DNA of 64,000 nt from Alphaproteobacteria bacterium (GCA_017960855.1 JAGCYJ010000008.1:44654-108653); one strand, 5' to 3'. Counted from the first letter of the stretch, positions 29,836-40,951 are shown. The notes: generated from the sequence alone by a model not told the origin. Numbers and translations are program-made.

Positions 29836-30236
29836 TTCTCTGCTTTCGTTCGCAGACCCACACGCTGAAATCCGGAATCTTTTAATTTGCCCATAACAAC
29901 CATGACCGCACCATAGTCAGCGCGCCTATCGCCGTTTATCATAATAGATAACTGGGGGTTTTCGCCACGCATTGCAATGGCTTTCTTTACAACATCATCA
30001 ACACCCATCTGACTTTCATTAAGATAATAGTGTCCATTTGCATCAACACTGATTTGAATTGCATGATCATTACCGGTAAGGGCAGAATTGCCAGCATTTG
30101 GCAAATCTAAATCTATACCATTTGTCATCATGGGGGTTGTCACCATAAACACCGCCAACAGCACCGTCATAACATCAATCATTGGTGTCAGTTGTATCAG
30201 TGCATCAGAATCGCGTCTGCGTCTTAATCTGGACAT
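29832..30236 (-). CDS. tolR: TolR / ExbD biopolymer transport protein.
   Basis: 134 aa with a single TM helix. Confidence 0.8.
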   Translation of the reverse strand: MSRLRRRRDSDALIQLTPMIDVMTVLLAVFMVTTPMMTNGIDLDLPNAGNSALTGNDHAIQISVDANGHYYLNESQMGVDDVVKKAIAMRGENPQLSIMINGDRRADYGAVMVVMGKLKDSGFQRVGLRTKAEK

Positions 30237-30238
30237 GA

Positions 30239-30679
30239 TTATTTCCCACCTAACTTTTCATATAAATCGTCTGTTTTCTTGGTAAACACTTGGTATGCAA
30301 TCGCAGCAGGTATCGCAGCAATCAACCCCAGTGCCGTTGTACCCAACGCAGTTGCCAACCCAGGTGCAATAACACCAATACTTACCGATTGGTTCAAACC
30401 AATGGATGCAAAAGAATCCATAACGCCCCAAACAGTTCCGAACAATCCGATAAATGGCGACACCCCAGCAACCATTGCCAAAAACCAAAGGTTTTTATCA
30501 AACGGCGCAATCACCGCGTCTGGATTACCATGCGGTTTGTTGCGACGCGCCGCGCGGAACAAGCGGATTTTTTCAACAATAACCGCCCACGATAAAACGC
30601 TGAATATCACCAGAACAATAGATGCAATTGCGGTGACAACATCGCTGGTAAACAATGTCCATAATGAAAAGTTAGTCAT
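30239..30679 (-). CDS. tolQ: TolQ / ExbB-family proton channel. Short (146 aa).
   Basis: MotA/TolQ/ExbB TM pattern in the ybgC-tolQ-tolR context. Confidence 0.7.
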   Translation of the reverse strand: MTNFSLWTLFTSDVVTAIASIVLVIFSVLSWAVIVEKIRLFRAARRNKPHGNPDAVIAPFDKNLWFLAMVAGVSPFIGLFGTVWGVMDSFASIGLNQSVSIGVIAPGLATALGTTALGLIAAIPAAIAYQVFTKKTDDLYEKLGGK

Positions 30680-31076
30680 TTCCTTCTTCCTTTGTTGAAT
30701 CTAAATGTGTCGCAACCACGTCGGGTATGCGTTTCGCGCGCATATCCGCACCGATATAGACCACTGTAATGTCCATTATAGCACAAATCGCGCCATCATG
30801 CACGAATTTTTGTTGCAGATCCATTGATGCACCACCGACATTTATAATTTCTGTTTCAACAACAATGTCATCCGCCAAGTGCATTGGGCGCATATATTTA
30901 ATGGACAATTCACGAACAACGAATCCCAAATCTTCCGACGGCAATTCAATGCCACGCATCATATCCATACGGGCACGTTCTGCAATTTCAATATAACGTC
31001 CATGATAAACAATGCCACCCGCATCTGTATCGGAATAGGCGATTGAAAATGGAAATCTAAACTTTTTCATTGTCAT
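30672..31076 (-). CDS. ybgC: Tol-Pal-associated acyl-CoA thioesterase YbgC (4HBT fold).
   Basis: FPFSIAYSDTDAGGIVYHGRY. Confidence 0.75.
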   Translation of the reverse strand: MTMKKFRFPFSIAYSDTDAGGIVYHGRYIEIAERARMDMMRGIELPSEDLGFVVRELSIKYMRPMHLADDIVVETEIINVGGASMDLQQKFVHDGAICAIMDITVVYIGADMRAKRIPDVVATHLDSTKEEGND

Positions 31077-31695
31077 TATCCTTTATAAATTGTGTATAAT
31101 CTATATCAAGTTCTTGCCTTAATCTTGCGGCAACACGTGTACGTATTTCGTTATATATGTTGCGTAATATTGGTTCGTAATCAAATTGCGATGCAAACGA
31201 ATCCGAGAAAAAAGCCCGCCAATAAAAGTTATCTTTGTATGTTCCGACATACGACAATTCCATCGCGCATAAATGCTGGACACAAGTGTCCAGAATATCC
31301 AGTAATTTTACCAATCTGGATTCTGGCGACTGACGTAATTCATATTCATTAAACTCGTCTGCGATGCGTTCATCTTGCAACAGGGTATTTATGGTTTCTA
31401 TTGCGGACTGTTCATGAATTCGTTTTTGTTCTTTGATTTCATTTGTTTGTTCGTGCAGGGGGACATCGTGAGCAATCGCTTCGGGCAAATCATGCAAAAC
31501 ACACAGTTCCAAAACCCGTTCCAAATTGACCGCTCTGGTTAAATGTAATCGTATAGCAATTGCCATCATTGCCATATTCCACGAATGTGAAGCGACCGAT
31601 TGATTACGTCCATCTGACATACGCGTCAAACGGTCTTCGCATTCCAATTTCTCGGCAATTTTCAGAAAATCTACAAGATTCCGTGCCGTTGTCAT
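31057..31695 (-). CDS. HD-domain phosphohydrolase.
   Basis: H...HD...D motifs: [10 protein letters not shown] and [14 protein letters not shown]. It overlaps ruvB with an ATGA. Confidence 0.55.
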   Translation of the reverse strand: MTTARNLVDFLKIAEKLECEDRLTRMSDGRNQSVASHSWNMAMMAIAIRLHLTRAVNLERVLELCVLHDLPEAIAHDVPLHEQTNEIKEQKRIHEQSAIETINTLLQDERIADEFNEYELRQSPESRLVKLLDILDTCVQHLCAMELSYVGTYKDNFYWRAFFSDSFASQFDYEPILRNIYNEIRTRVAARLRQELDIDYTQFIKDNDNEKV

Positions 31696-32681
31696 TTTGA
31701 CAACCCCAGGTGTTCATAACCCGACTCGGTCACAATACGACCACGTGGCGTACGTTGAACAAACCCCAGTTGCATAAGGTATGGTTCAATAACATCTTCT
31801 ATTGTGTCCGCGGGTTCCGACAATGCCGCCGCTAAATTATCAATTCCAACCGGCCCCCCGGCATAATGTTTTACAATAGTCATCATATATTCACGGTCAA
31901 TTTCGTCCAAACCGGACGCGTCAATATGTAACTGGAAAAGGGCTGTCTTTACGGTATCCGTTGTTATTTTTTGTGCTTTTGTTGCCGCTGCAAAATCACG
32001 TGCACGTTTAAGCAAACGATTCGCAATACGCGGTGTACCACGCGAACTTGATGCCAACATCAATGCCGCTTCGTCATCAATTTCTGTATTCAAAATATTC
32101 GCACTACGTTTAATAATTTTTGCCAAATCGGACGGCGAATAAAACGAAAGTCGCAAATCAATTCCGAACCTGTCGCGCAACGGATTAGACAATAACCCGG
32201 TACGTGTTGTCGCACCCACCAAAGTGAACGGAGGCAAATCAATCCGAACACTTTTTGCCGACGGACCTTCGCCCAACATGATGTCTAATTTAAAATCTTC
32301 CATTGCGGAATAAAGCACTTCTTCAATGGCGGTTGGCAAACGGTGAATTTCATCAATGAACAAAACATCCATTGGTTCCAACGCAGTAAGAATTGCCGCT
32401 AAATCGCCTTGTTTAGTAAGCATTGGCGCGGCGGTCGTGCGGAAATTTGTACCCAGTTCGTTTGCAATAATATGTGCCAAAGTCGTTTTGCCCAACCCCG
32501 GGGGACCATACAGCAAAACATGATCCATGGCTTCGCCACGCGATTTGGCCCCCGAAATAAACACAGACAGATTTTGTTTCAAACTGTCATGCCCAATAAA
32601 GTCCGACAAAGTTTTAGGACGAATCGTCGCCGCCATTTCGTCGGGTATTGTGGGGTCTAAAAATCGTTCATTCGGGTTCAT
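31692..32681 (-). CDS. ruvB: Holliday junction DNA helicase RuvB.
   Basis: GPPGLGKTT Walker A; full length. Confidence 0.95.
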   Translation of the reverse strand: MNPNERFLDPTIPDEMAATIRPKTLSDFIGHDSLKQNLSVFISGAKSRGEAMDHVLLYGPPGLGKTTLAHIIANELGTNFRTTAAPMLTKQGDLAAILTALEPMDVLFIDEIHRLPTAIEEVLYSAMEDFKLDIMLGEGPSAKSVRIDLPPFTLVGATTRTGLLSNPLRDRFGIDLRLSFYSPSDLAKIIKRSANILNTEIDDEAALMLASSSRGTPRIANRLLKRARDFAAATKAQKITTDTVKTALFQLHIDASGLDEIDREYMMTIVKHYAGGPVGIDNLAAALSEPADTIEDVIEPYLMQLGFVQRTPRGRIVTESGYEHLGLSK

Positions 32682-32684
32682 TTT

Positions 32685-33347
32685 TTACAACAACTTATCT
32701 TCTGCGTTTTCGCGACCAACATACGCCTTTAAATCATTATACATCTGACGCAGGTCAGCCGGCTGGGAATATTCAGCATCCGCATTTTTAATACGGATTG
32801 TTTCCAAACTTATTTGCGCCTGTTTTTTCAAGATTTGCGTCAAATGGGTTGCAAATGCCTTGGCATCTTCGGATTCATCAGCACCTTGCAACAACAGACC
32901 ACGATTTGGACGCGGCGACAAAAATGCATAATCGGAAATAGATGGGTCAGGCGAGACCAGTGCGAACCCAGAAACCTCTGGCCGACGCATCATCGCCTGC
33001 AATACATACCAAGCACCCAATTCGTGCCCCGCCAACCAAATCTTGTCGCTGTCTTCGTTTTTATTCTGAATCCAGTCAATGACCGTTGCAATATCCAACA
33101 TATTTTCAGTTGTCGTTCCCAACGAACCGTCTGAATCATTAACGCCACGATAATTGAACCGGACAACAGAAAAGCCGATATCCATAAACGCACGAAACAT
33201 TGCATACGACACACGATCGTTCATATGATGCTTTTGCCGTGGGTTTCCCGACAACACAACCGCCAATGGCGCCGCCGGTGTTTCCGACTTATGATATACG
33301 GCGTGTAATTTTCCCGCTTCACCAGTGATTATTATATCTACCATCAA
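32685..33347 (-). CDS. Alpha/beta-hydrolase fold protein with an atypical GHELG nucleophile elbow.
   Basis: WLAGHELGAW stands where GxSxG is expected. Confidence 0.5.
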   Translation of the reverse strand: MMVDIIITGEAGKLHAVYHKSETPAAPLAVVLSGNPRQKHHMNDRVSYAMFRAFMDIGFSVVRFNYRGVNDSDGSLGTTTENMLDIATVIDWIQNKNEDSDKIWLAGHELGAWYVLQAMMRRPEVSGFALVSPDPSISDYAFLSPRPNRGLLLQGADESEDAKAFATHLTQILKKQAQISLETIRIKNADAEYSQPADLRQMYNDLKAYVGRENAEDKLL

Positions 33348-33481
33348 ATATACCTTTGTTGAAACCTGCCTTTGACTAATTTATAGAACAAAGCAAACAC
33401 AATTTTCAATAAAAATATTTTTTGCTTTGACATAAGTGCCACGATTGTTCTAATATTCACAAGAGAGATAAAAGGTTTGCC

Positions 33482-34402
33482 ATGTCTAAACTAGGTTTTT
33501 TGGCTGTTTTCGCGTTATTCGGCGTGTGTAATGCATACGCAGAAGAGGTCACAACATACGACAGTTTTCAAACAATTTATATTGAAACGCCGGTGCAATC
33601 TTACTATGCGTACCCCGACGACCAAAACTTTATTCCAGAAACCGAGTTTATGCAACGCGCGGACAGTTTGAATTATGACCAAAACATAATTGATGCCCGC
33701 CAAGCAGAATCTGCGGCGCACCCGGGCGTTATGTTTGCGGATCGTCCAATGGTGATTTGCCGTAATTTTGGTTGTACCCGATTGAATGACCGCATTACGC
33801 GTACATTCTTGTTTAACAGTTTAGCAAATATGTTCATGATGAACGCACATTCACGTGTCTATATTTGCGAAGCAGATCCGTTCTCGCGCGATTGCTTGCA
33901 ATCTGGCATTTCTTTCCCTGTTCGCAGTGGTATTGCAAATGCGCTGGTTAAAATACCAAAAGCCACAATTTCCCAGGTCAATGTTTCAACTGGTCTGTCC
34001 AAAGCAACCGTCGGTATGACATATGAATTGTTGGTAAATGGTGTATCGCGCGTGTGCGAACCAACTGTTATGGACATCGTGATTCCTATCAATTCCCAGG
34101 CAACATTGTCTAACCGTGAATTCACATGCAATATGACCAGCGACGGTTTAAGCAATGTTTCGTTATTAGTCAATATTGACTATATTGATTTGGACTATGG
34201 CATTTTGGGTGGCTATTATTCTTTGGGCATGCAAGGACCAACCACCGGCGGTGGCACAGGTTATGCATTGTTCAAGACAGAATTCACAACTGGTGGTATG
34301 AAGTTCCGCGCGGCCGTAAATGATGCCGCGATGGCGGGACCAGGCGACGGAATGCGCGTTATCCAGCCGGGCGAATATGCGGTTGGGCCACTGGCGAAAT
34401 AA
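33482..34402 (+). CDS. Secreted hypothetical protein (306 aa).
   Basis: Signal peptide MSKLGFLAVFALFGVCNAYA. Confidence 0.5.
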   Translation: MSKLGFLAVFALFGVCNAYAEEVTTYDSFQTIYIETPVQSYYAYPDDQNFIPETEFMQRADSLNYDQNIIDARQAESAAHPGVMFADRPMVICRNFGCTRLNDRITRTFLFNSLANMFMMNAHSRVYICEADPFSRDCLQSGISFPVRSGIANALVKIPKATISQVNVSTGLSKATVGMTYELLVNGVSRVCEPTVMDIVIPINSQATLSNREFTCNMTSDGLSNVSLLVNIDYIDLDYGILGGYYSLGMQGPTTGGGTGYALFKTEFTTGGMKFRAAVNDAAMAGPGDGMRVIQPGEYAVGPLAK

Positions 34403-34470
34403 TCATGGTCGTGTGCGTGGCGCAAATAAACGCACATGCCGCGCCGTTATAACACACCGGACCATATAAA

Positions 34471-35103
34471 ATGAATAAAACTGTTCTTGTTATTGATGAT
34501 GATGAAACGCTGAACAAAACCTTGGCGCGCGGTTTGCGTACCGAAGGGTTCAATGCTGTTTCCGCTTTCAGTGCCGAAGAGGGTGCCCAGGTTCTGGCTC
34601 GTATTCGTGTTGATGCCATTGTTTTGGATCGCATGATGACGGGTATAGATGGATTGACTTTTTTACAAGATTTACGTGGCAACGGCGACACAACCCCGGT
34701 TATAATACTTACCGCCATGACCGGCGCAGAAAACGCGATTGCGGGCTTATCGGGTGGGGCGAACGATTATCTGGCGAAACCTTTCCAACTGCGTGAATTG
34801 GTGTTGCGCCTAAATAATATTATAAAGGATAATGGTGAACCATTAAAAATGCCAAAGGGTCTGATTTTTGCCGACGATGAATTTTTTATCAGAAAAGGCG
34901 GCAAAAACCAACTGTTCGCGCTGTCTGGCGAAGAAAAGAAATTGTTGATGCACCTGACCGCGCCGGTGGGAAATATTGCGCCTGCATCCCCAATGACTGC
35001 AAAACGCTTGCGCGGCAAATTAAATGGTGTATTATCAAACTTGGATATAATTACTGTTCGTGGTCAGGGATATAAGATAATAGACAACACCTCACACGAC
35101 TAA
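34471..35103 (+). CDS. OmpR-family response regulator.
   Basis: It has an REC domain (LVIDDDE...DAIVLDRMM...K) and a winged-helix C-terminus. Confidence 0.85.
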   Translation: MNKTVLVIDDDETLNKTLARGLRTEGFNAVSAFSAEEGAQVLARIRVDAIVLDRMMTGIDGLTFLQDLRGNGDTTPVIILTAMTGAENAIAGLSGGANDYLAKPFQLRELVLRLNNIIKDNGEPLKMPKGLIFADDEFFIRKGGKNQLFALSGEEKKLLMHLTAPVGNIAPASPMTAKRLRGKLNGVLSNLDIITVRGQGYKIIDNTSHD

Positions 35104-35105
35104 AA

Positions 35106-35261
35106 ATGAAAAAGACAAAACAGATGACACAAAAGGAAAAACAAACAAGCACTTTAAGTCCATACGAAAAAGAATGTGTTGCAGATATGATGAAATTGTA
35201 TGGATTGACCCGCCAACAAGCGATGGACGAATTGGATAAGTTGAGAGTATACGGAATATAA
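35106..35261 (+). CDS. Possible 51-aa small protein between the RR and HK genes.
   Basis: MKKTKQMTQKEKQTSTLSPYEKECVADMMKLYGLTRQQAMDELDKLRVYGI. It fills the RR-HK gap exactly but has a weak SD. Confidence 0.25.
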   Translation: MKKTKQMTQKEKQTSTLSPYEKECVADMMKLYGLTRQQAMDELDKLRVYGI

Positions 35262-35278
35262 CACAAAGGTGAGAACAA

Positions 35279-36559
35279 ATGAGATTGATGCCCAGAAGTT
35301 TTCTTTCAAGAACGATTTTGATGGTTTTGTTGCCGCTGATTGTGGCACTGGTGATTGTTGCTAATGTGTTTTTCGGCAATCACTGGGAACGTGTCCACGC
35401 AACAATGGCACGCACAGTGGCGGGTGAAGTATCCACCATGGTAAAGTTTTTGAACGAAGGCAATATGGATGCACTGAACACCATGGCGGAAAACCTGGGG
35501 TTCGAGGTTTCTATAAATGATTCTGGCCAAAACAATCGTCATGACGACAACCATGCATTAGAAGCGGGTCCATTGTCCAACCAATTGAAAAAACGTTTAA
35601 ATCAACGCGCTGATATCTATATCAACCGAGGCAAGCGCAGTGTAAAGATTGATGTTCCGATGAACGACGGTAAAACCGCCACATTTGCACTGTCTATGTA
35701 TCGCATTTATTCCACCAGCACCGAAGTTTTCTTGATGTGGGTGATTGGTTCTATTTTAATTGTAAGTATTTTGGTGTCGCCATTTATCATTATGCACACA
35801 CGCAGCATTCGCCGTATTGCCAAAGCGGCAAACCGTTTTGGTCGTGGTCTGGATGCACCTGGGTTTGAACCATCGGGTTCCCGCGAAATTCGCGAAGCCG
35901 CCGCTGCTATGATTACCATGAAGGAACGTCTGAATCGGTACAATCGTACACGCACAGATATGCTGAATGCGGTCAGTCACGATTTAAAATCGCCGTTGGC
36001 GCGTATGCGTTTGGCGGTAGAAACAGAAACAGCGTCCAAGGGTGAATTGTTGCGCGATATTGATCGTATGACTGAAATGGTCAATGGCTATTTGGCGTTT
36101 GCGCGTGGCGAAATGCCAGAAATAGAACAGGTCACCGAATTGCCATCTATGTTGTTGCGCACCGCACGTGATGCGGCACCAAAGAAGAAAATTCTTACCG
36201 ATTTTCCAGACACGCCTGCACAATTCTATGCACGCCCAATGGCGTTGGCACGCGCGTTTGCGAATATTATTGAAAATGCGGCGCGTTATGCTAAAAAGAC
36301 CATTAAAATAACAGAACGCGATTCTGCTGAACAAATCGAGATTCTTATCGAAGACGACGGTCCGGGCATTCCAGATAACAAAAAGGCCGATGCGATGCGT
36401 CCATTTGTGCGTCTGGACAACGCACGTGGTTCCAAGACCGGCGGAACAGGGTTGGGGCTGTCAATTGCACAAACAGCGATTGAAAACCACGGCGGTCAAA
36501 TATTCTTGGAAGACAGCGATTTAGGCGGTCTGCGCGTACGTGTTGTTTTGCCGATATAA
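35279..36559 (+). CDS. Sensor histidine kinase.
   Basis: Two TM helices, HisKA AVSHDLKSPLARM and HATPase_c GLGLSIA. Confidence 0.85.
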   Translation: MRLMPRSFLSRTILMVLLPLIVALVIVANVFFGNHWERVHATMARTVAGEVSTMVKFLNEGNMDALNTMAENLGFEVSINDSGQNNRHDDNHALEAGPLSNQLKKRLNQRADIYINRGKRSVKIDVPMNDGKTATFALSMYRIYSTSTEVFLMWVIGSILIVSILVSPFIIMHTRSIRRIAKAANRFGRGLDAPGFEPSGSREIREAAAAMITMKERLNRYNRTRTDMLNAVSHDLKSPLARMRLAVETETASKGELLRDIDRMTEMVNGYLAFARGEMPEIEQVTELPSMLLRTARDAAPKKKILTDFPDTPAQFYARPMALARAFANIIENAARYAKKTIKITERDSAEQIEILIEDDGPGIPDNKKADAMRPFVRLDNARGSKTGGTGLGLSIAQTAIENHGGQIFLEDSDLGGLRVRVVLPI

Positions 36560-36576
36560 TTGTGGGGTATCAAACT

Positions 36577-38286
36577 ATGAATCTTTATAAATATGTATCC
36601 GAAAAGATAAACGAAAAACTGGGTATGACGGTAAATCTGGAATCGCCACGCAATCGCGAATTTGGTGATTTTGCGACAAATGCCGCCATGGTAATGGCGA
36701 AAAACGCAGGCAAGAATCCACGTGAATTGGCGGGCGACATTGCAAACCAACTGCGCGAATTGGATTTTGTCGCAGATGCATCTGTGGCGGGCCCAGGGTT
36801 CATCAACATTAAATTACGCAATAATTTTATCTGGAAAAACGCCACCGCACCGAAACAGATTGCCGCACAAAAACCAATGGTAATTGACCTGGACTATGGC
36901 GCATACAACGTCGCAAAATCGTTGCATATCGGACATTTGCGTACATCCATTGTTGGCGACACTTTTAACCGCACCGCAAAGTTTATTGGGCACAAGACAT
37001 TTTCATGGAACCATATTGGCGATTGGGGCAAACCGATGGGGCTGATTATCGCATGGATTGAACGCCTGCACCCAGAATTGCCTTATTTCAGTGATAACTT
37101 TGACCCAAACATGCCGGTTGATTATGAAATTGACACTGTGGAATTAAACACATATTACCCATCGGCATCAAAATTGGCTAAAGAAGACGCGGACTTCCAA
37201 GCACGCGCCCAAGAAATTAAAGCAAAGTTCCAAGATGGGCATGCGGGCTATTTTGCACTGTATGAAAAGTTTTTAGCGATATCATTGGCCGCCATGAACA
37301 ATACGGTAAAGCGTTTGAATATTTTGCCGTTTGATTACGATCTGGGCGAACGCAACGCGGCACAGTATTTGGATGATGTTGAAAAGATTCTGCGTGCCAA
37401 GAACATGATTTACGAAAGCGACGGCGCACTGGTAATAAATGTACGGCGCGATGACGACACTGCACCAATGCCACCATATATGTGGCGCGATTCACGTGGG
37501 GCAGACACATACGATTCCACCGATTTAGCCGCGGTCTTTTGTCGCAAAAAGAAAGATAACCCAGACAAAATCATTTACTTTACCGATTTGCGTCAGTCGT
37601 TGCATTTTGAACAATTGTTCCGCGCCGCCGATATGTCGGGCATATATCCGTACGAAAAAATGGAACATATTGGGTATGGTACAATAAACGGTAGCGACGG
37701 GAAACCATTTAAAACACGTGATGGTAATGCAGCGGGATTGGACGATATTTTAGACCTTGCCACCGTGGCTGTGCGGGAACGCGTTGCCGAATCCGGCAAG
37801 AGTTTAGATGATGAAACAATCAACTCTATTGCGTTGGCTGCGGTAAAGTTTAACGACCTGTTGCATGATGTGCGTTCAGATTATATTTTTGATCCAAAAT
37901 CTATTACCAGTTTTGAGGGGCGCACCGGTCCATATATTCTTTACACCGCCGTCCGTTTGAACAGCATTTTGAAAAAGGCGGATGCCCAGACAACCGAACC
38001 AGCCACGTATGAATTGACAGCAGATGAACGCAATTTGCTGATTCAAATTATGGATTTTGAACGCACTGTTATTTCGGCGTTTGATAATCGCGCAACCGAT
38101 TTGATTGCGAACTATGCCTATGATTTGTGCCAGTTGATAAATACTTTCTATCATAACTGTCCGATTATGCGTGACGATGTTGATGAAACGGTCAAGGCGG
38201 GGCGCTTGCACATTGTCCGCGTTGCCCGCGACACATTGGCAACAGCAATTGATTTGATGGGCTTAAAAGTACCAAGCGAGATGTAA
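36577..38286 (+). CDS. argS: Arginine--tRNA ligase.
   Basis: HIGH motif SLHIGHLRTSIVGD with an anticodon-binding C-terminus. Confidence 0.9.
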   Translation: MNLYKYVSEKINEKLGMTVNLESPRNREFGDFATNAAMVMAKNAGKNPRELAGDIANQLRELDFVADASVAGPGFINIKLRNNFIWKNATAPKQIAAQKPMVIDLDYGAYNVAKSLHIGHLRTSIVGDTFNRTAKFIGHKTFSWNHIGDWGKPMGLIIAWIERLHPELPYFSDNFDPNMPVDYEIDTVELNTYYPSASKLAKEDADFQARAQEIKAKFQDGHAGYFALYEKFLAISLAAMNNTVKRLNILPFDYDLGERNAAQYLDDVEKILRAKNMIYESDGALVINVRRDDDTAPMPPYMWRDSRGADTYDSTDLAAVFCRKKKDNPDKIIYFTDLRQSLHFEQLFRAADMSGIYPYEKMEHIGYGTINGSDGKPFKTRDGNAAGLDDILDLATVAVRERVAESGKSLDDETINSIALAAVKFNDLLHDVRSDYIFDPKSITSFEGRTGPYILYTAVRLNSILKKADAQTTEPATYELTADERNLLIQIMDFERTVISAFDNRATDLIANYAYDLCQLINTFYHNCPIMRDDVDETVKAGRLHIVRVARDTLATAIDLMGLKVPSEM

Positions 38287-38289
38287 TAT

Positions 38290-38325
38290 AATGAAAGCAC
38301 CGCTATACATGCGGTGTTTTTGTTG
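38290..38325 (+). terminator. Rho-independent terminator after argS.
   Basis: AAAGCACCGCTATACATGCGGTGTTTTTGTTG. Confidence 0.55.
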
Positions 38326-38362
38326 TTTGCTGTACGGTACAATAATACCGTATCGTTTTTTC

Positions 38363-38391
38363 TTGACTTTTGTGCGGGTTGCATACATAAT
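38363..38391 (+). promoter_or_regulatory. Sigma-70-like promoter for rplM-rpsI.
   Basis: TTGACT-N17-CATAAT. Confidence 0.45.
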
Positions 38392-38422
38392 ATGTCCGCA
38401 AAAATTTAAAAAAGGTTAAAAA

Positions 38423-38896
38423 ATGACAACGACAAAATCGTTAAAGAAAAGCGAATTAGATGCCAAATGGTATCTGATTGACGCGACAAATTGCACGTTG
38501 GGTCGTTTGGCGGCATATACCGCAAACATCTTGCGTGGCAAGAATAAACCAACATGGACACCGAATATGGATTGCGGTGATCATGTTATTATCATCAATG
38601 CAGAAAAGGTTGCATTAAGCGGTCACAAAGACGAAAAGACTAAGTTCTTTTGGCATTCTTTGTGGACTGGTTCAACCAAGGAACGCACATTGGGTCAGAT
38701 GCGCGAAGAAAAACCTGAAAAACTGATTACCAACGCGGTAAAACGTATGATGGGTCGTCGCACAACCGTCGCATTGGCGAACAAACGTTTGACAAAGTTG
38801 CATGTATATGCCGGTGCCGAACACAAACACGCCGCGCAAAATCCAATCGTTATCGATTTTGCATCACTGAATCGTAAAAATAAAAGGGGTGAATAA
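38423..38896 (+). CDS. rplM: 50S ribosomal protein L13.
   Basis: Sequence and the rplM-rpsI pairing. Confidence 0.95.
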   Translation: MTTTKSLKKSELDAKWYLIDATNCTLGRLAAYTANILRGKNKPTWTPNMDCGDHVIIINAEKVALSGHKDEKTKFFWHSLWTGSTKERTLGQMREEKPEKLITNAVKRMMGRRTTVALANKRLTKLHVYAGAEHKHAAQNPIVIDFASLNRKNKRGE

Positions 38897-39429
38897 TGGC
38901 AGAAGCAAAGAAAACTGCGGCAACAGCAAAGAAAGCAACCGCAACAAAAGCGGCACCAAAAGCGGCCGCAACCAAGACCGTTAAGAAAGAAGCCCCTGCG
39001 AAAACAGCAGCAGCCAAGGCGACAACAGCATCCGCAAAATTGACGGGCGCAACATATGCAACTGGTAAACGTAAAGATTCCATTGCACGTGTCTATTTGG
39101 TCCCGGGCAAGGGCAACATTGTCGTTAACGACACACCGGTGGCAAAATACTTCCGCCGTCCTGTGTTGCAAATGATTATCGCACAACCATTTAACATCAC
39201 AAAGCGCGAAACCGCATATGATGCAATCTGCATGGTTGTTGGCGGTGGTCTGTCGGGTCAAGCAGGTGCCGTCAAACACGGTATTTCCAAAGCATTGGAA
39301 AAGGCAGAACCAGATTTGCGTAAAGTTCTGAAAGCGGCTGGGTTCCTTACCCGCGATAGCCGTGTTGTTGAACGTAAACACTATGGTGTTCGCAAAGCTC
39401 GTCGTTCAACACAGTTTAGTAAACGTTAA
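38896..39429 (+). CDS. rpsI: 30S ribosomal protein S9, with an Ala/Lys-rich N-terminal extension of ~45 aa.
   Basis: It ends ...[12 protein letters not shown]. The extension is [27 protein letters not shown]... Confidence 0.95.
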   Translation: MAEAKKTAATAKKATATKAAPKAAATKTVKKEAPAKTAAAKATTASAKLTGATYATGKRKDSIARVYLVPGKGNIVVNDTPVAKYFRRPVLQMIIAQPFNITKRETAYDAICMVVGGGLSGQAGAVKHGISKALEKAEPDLRKVLKAAGFLTRDSRVVERKHYGVRKARRSTQFSKR

Positions 39430-39442
39430 GTTTACAGCATCA

Positions 39443-39478
39443 AAATCCGCCGAACTGGCGGATTTTGGTCGTTTTTTG
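39443..39478 (+). terminator. Rho-independent terminator after rpsI.
   Basis: AAAATCCGCCGAACTGGCGGATTTTGG then a T-run. Confidence 0.55.
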
Positions 39479-39539
39479 TGCAAACTTATGTTGAAACCGT
39501 ATATAGTTGCGGGGCAATTGTATAAAAAGGGTACCCAAT

Positions 39540-40838
39540 ATGTTTAAAAAAGAAAAGATCAAAGATTTACATTATTCTGTCAATGGCGTATTGACTGCTG
39601 ATGAATTACAGGCGGCCGCTGATGAAATCTTGACTGAATATGGCAAAAAGGCAAAAATGCCGGGATTTCGTCCAGGACACATTCCATTATCTGTATTGCG
39701 GCAAAAGTTTAACGCATCTGCATACGGCGAAGCCATTGATAAATTGATGAACCGCGATTTGAACAACTATGTCGCAGAAAAGAAATTGCGCCTTGCTGGC
39801 GCACCAAAGGCGGACTTGGCTGGATGGGAAATTGGCAAAGATGCAGAATACACAATGGATTTTGATATTTTGCCAACGTTGCCAGAAATTGATTTAGAAA
39901 AAATCACGGTCACCAAGAAAACAGCAAAATTGGACGAATCCGAAGTTGAAAAATCTTTAGAAAACATCCGCAAAAGCCGCAGCACAGCCGAAAAGCAAGA
40001 CGAAAAATACAAGGCACAAAATGGCGACACCGCGGTCATTGATTTCAAAGGTTTCATCGGTGACGACGCATTTGAAGGTGGCGCAGCCGAAAAACATCAT
40101 TTGATTTTGGGTTCTGGTGCATTTATCCCAGGATTTGAAGATCAAGTTGTTGGTCACAAAGCCGGCGACAGGTTTGATGTCAATGTGAAGTTCCCAGCGG
40201 AATATCATGCTGAAAACTTGGCTGGTAAAGATGCCCGCTTTGAAGTTTTGGTTCATGAAGTTCGTAAACACATTTTGCCAGAACTGAATGACGAATTGGC
40301 AAAGTCAGTCGGACATGAATCTGTTGAAAAACTGCGCGAACATATCCGCAAATTGTTGCAAGAACAATATGACGAAGCGGCACAACGCGACATGCGCAAC
40401 GAATTGTTGGACAACTTGGCAGAAAAAGTGAAATTAGATTTGCCAGAAACGTTGGTTGAACAAGAACTGAATATGGCAAAATCCGAACACGAACATCACA
40501 ATGCCGAACATGGCCACGAACACAAGTGGGATGAAAAAGCAGAACGCAAAGATGCCGAACGCCGCGTTAAGTTGGGCTTAATCTTGGCAGAATGGGGCAC
40601 CAATAACAAAGTAGAGGTGACCCGTGACGATTTGCAACAAGCCGTTTGGGCCGAAGCAGCGCGTTATCCAAACCCACAACAAGTGTTTGAATTCTATAAC
40701 AAGAATCAAAACGCTTTGGCAATGTTGCGCGGTATGATTTTTGAACGGAAAGCCCTGGATGCAATGTTGACCCATGTAAAACAAAAAGAAAAGGCCGTAA
40801 AGCCCGAAGAATTGTTTCAACAGGCCGATGTTCACTAA
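39540..40838 (+). CDS. tig: Trigger factor.
   Basis: N-terminal PGFRPGHIP, a central FKBP domain and a C-terminal helical domain. Confidence 0.85.
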   Translation: MFKKEKIKDLHYSVNGVLTADELQAAADEILTEYGKKAKMPGFRPGHIPLSVLRQKFNASAYGEAIDKLMNRDLNNYVAEKKLRLAGAPKADLAGWEIGKDAEYTMDFDILPTLPEIDLEKITVTKKTAKLDESEVEKSLENIRKSRSTAEKQDEKYKAQNGDTAVIDFKGFIGDDAFEGGAAEKHHLILGSGAFIPGFEDQVVGHKAGDRFDVNVKFPAEYHAENLAGKDARFEVLVHEVRKHILPELNDELAKSVGHESVEKLREHIRKLLQEQYDEAAQRDMRNELLDNLAEKVKLDLPETLVEQELNMAKSEHEHHNAEHGHEHKWDEKAERKDAERRVKLGLILAEWGTNNKVEVTRDDLQQAVWAEAARYPNPQQVFEFYNKNQNALAMLRGMIFERKALDAMLTHVKQKEKAVKPEELFQQADVH

Positions 40839-40847
40839 GTAAAATAA

Positions 40848-40872
40848 AAACCCGCAACCGCGGGTTTTTATC
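40848..40872 (+). terminator. Rho-independent terminator after tig.
   Basis: AAACCCGCAACCGCGGGTTTTTAT. Confidence 0.55.
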
Positions 40873-40951
40873 TTGACTTATTTTACCAATTTATCCTAGT
40901 ATCTGTGTCGTAGGCGGGGCAGGGATTATTTGAAAGAAAGGAAGTCACGCC

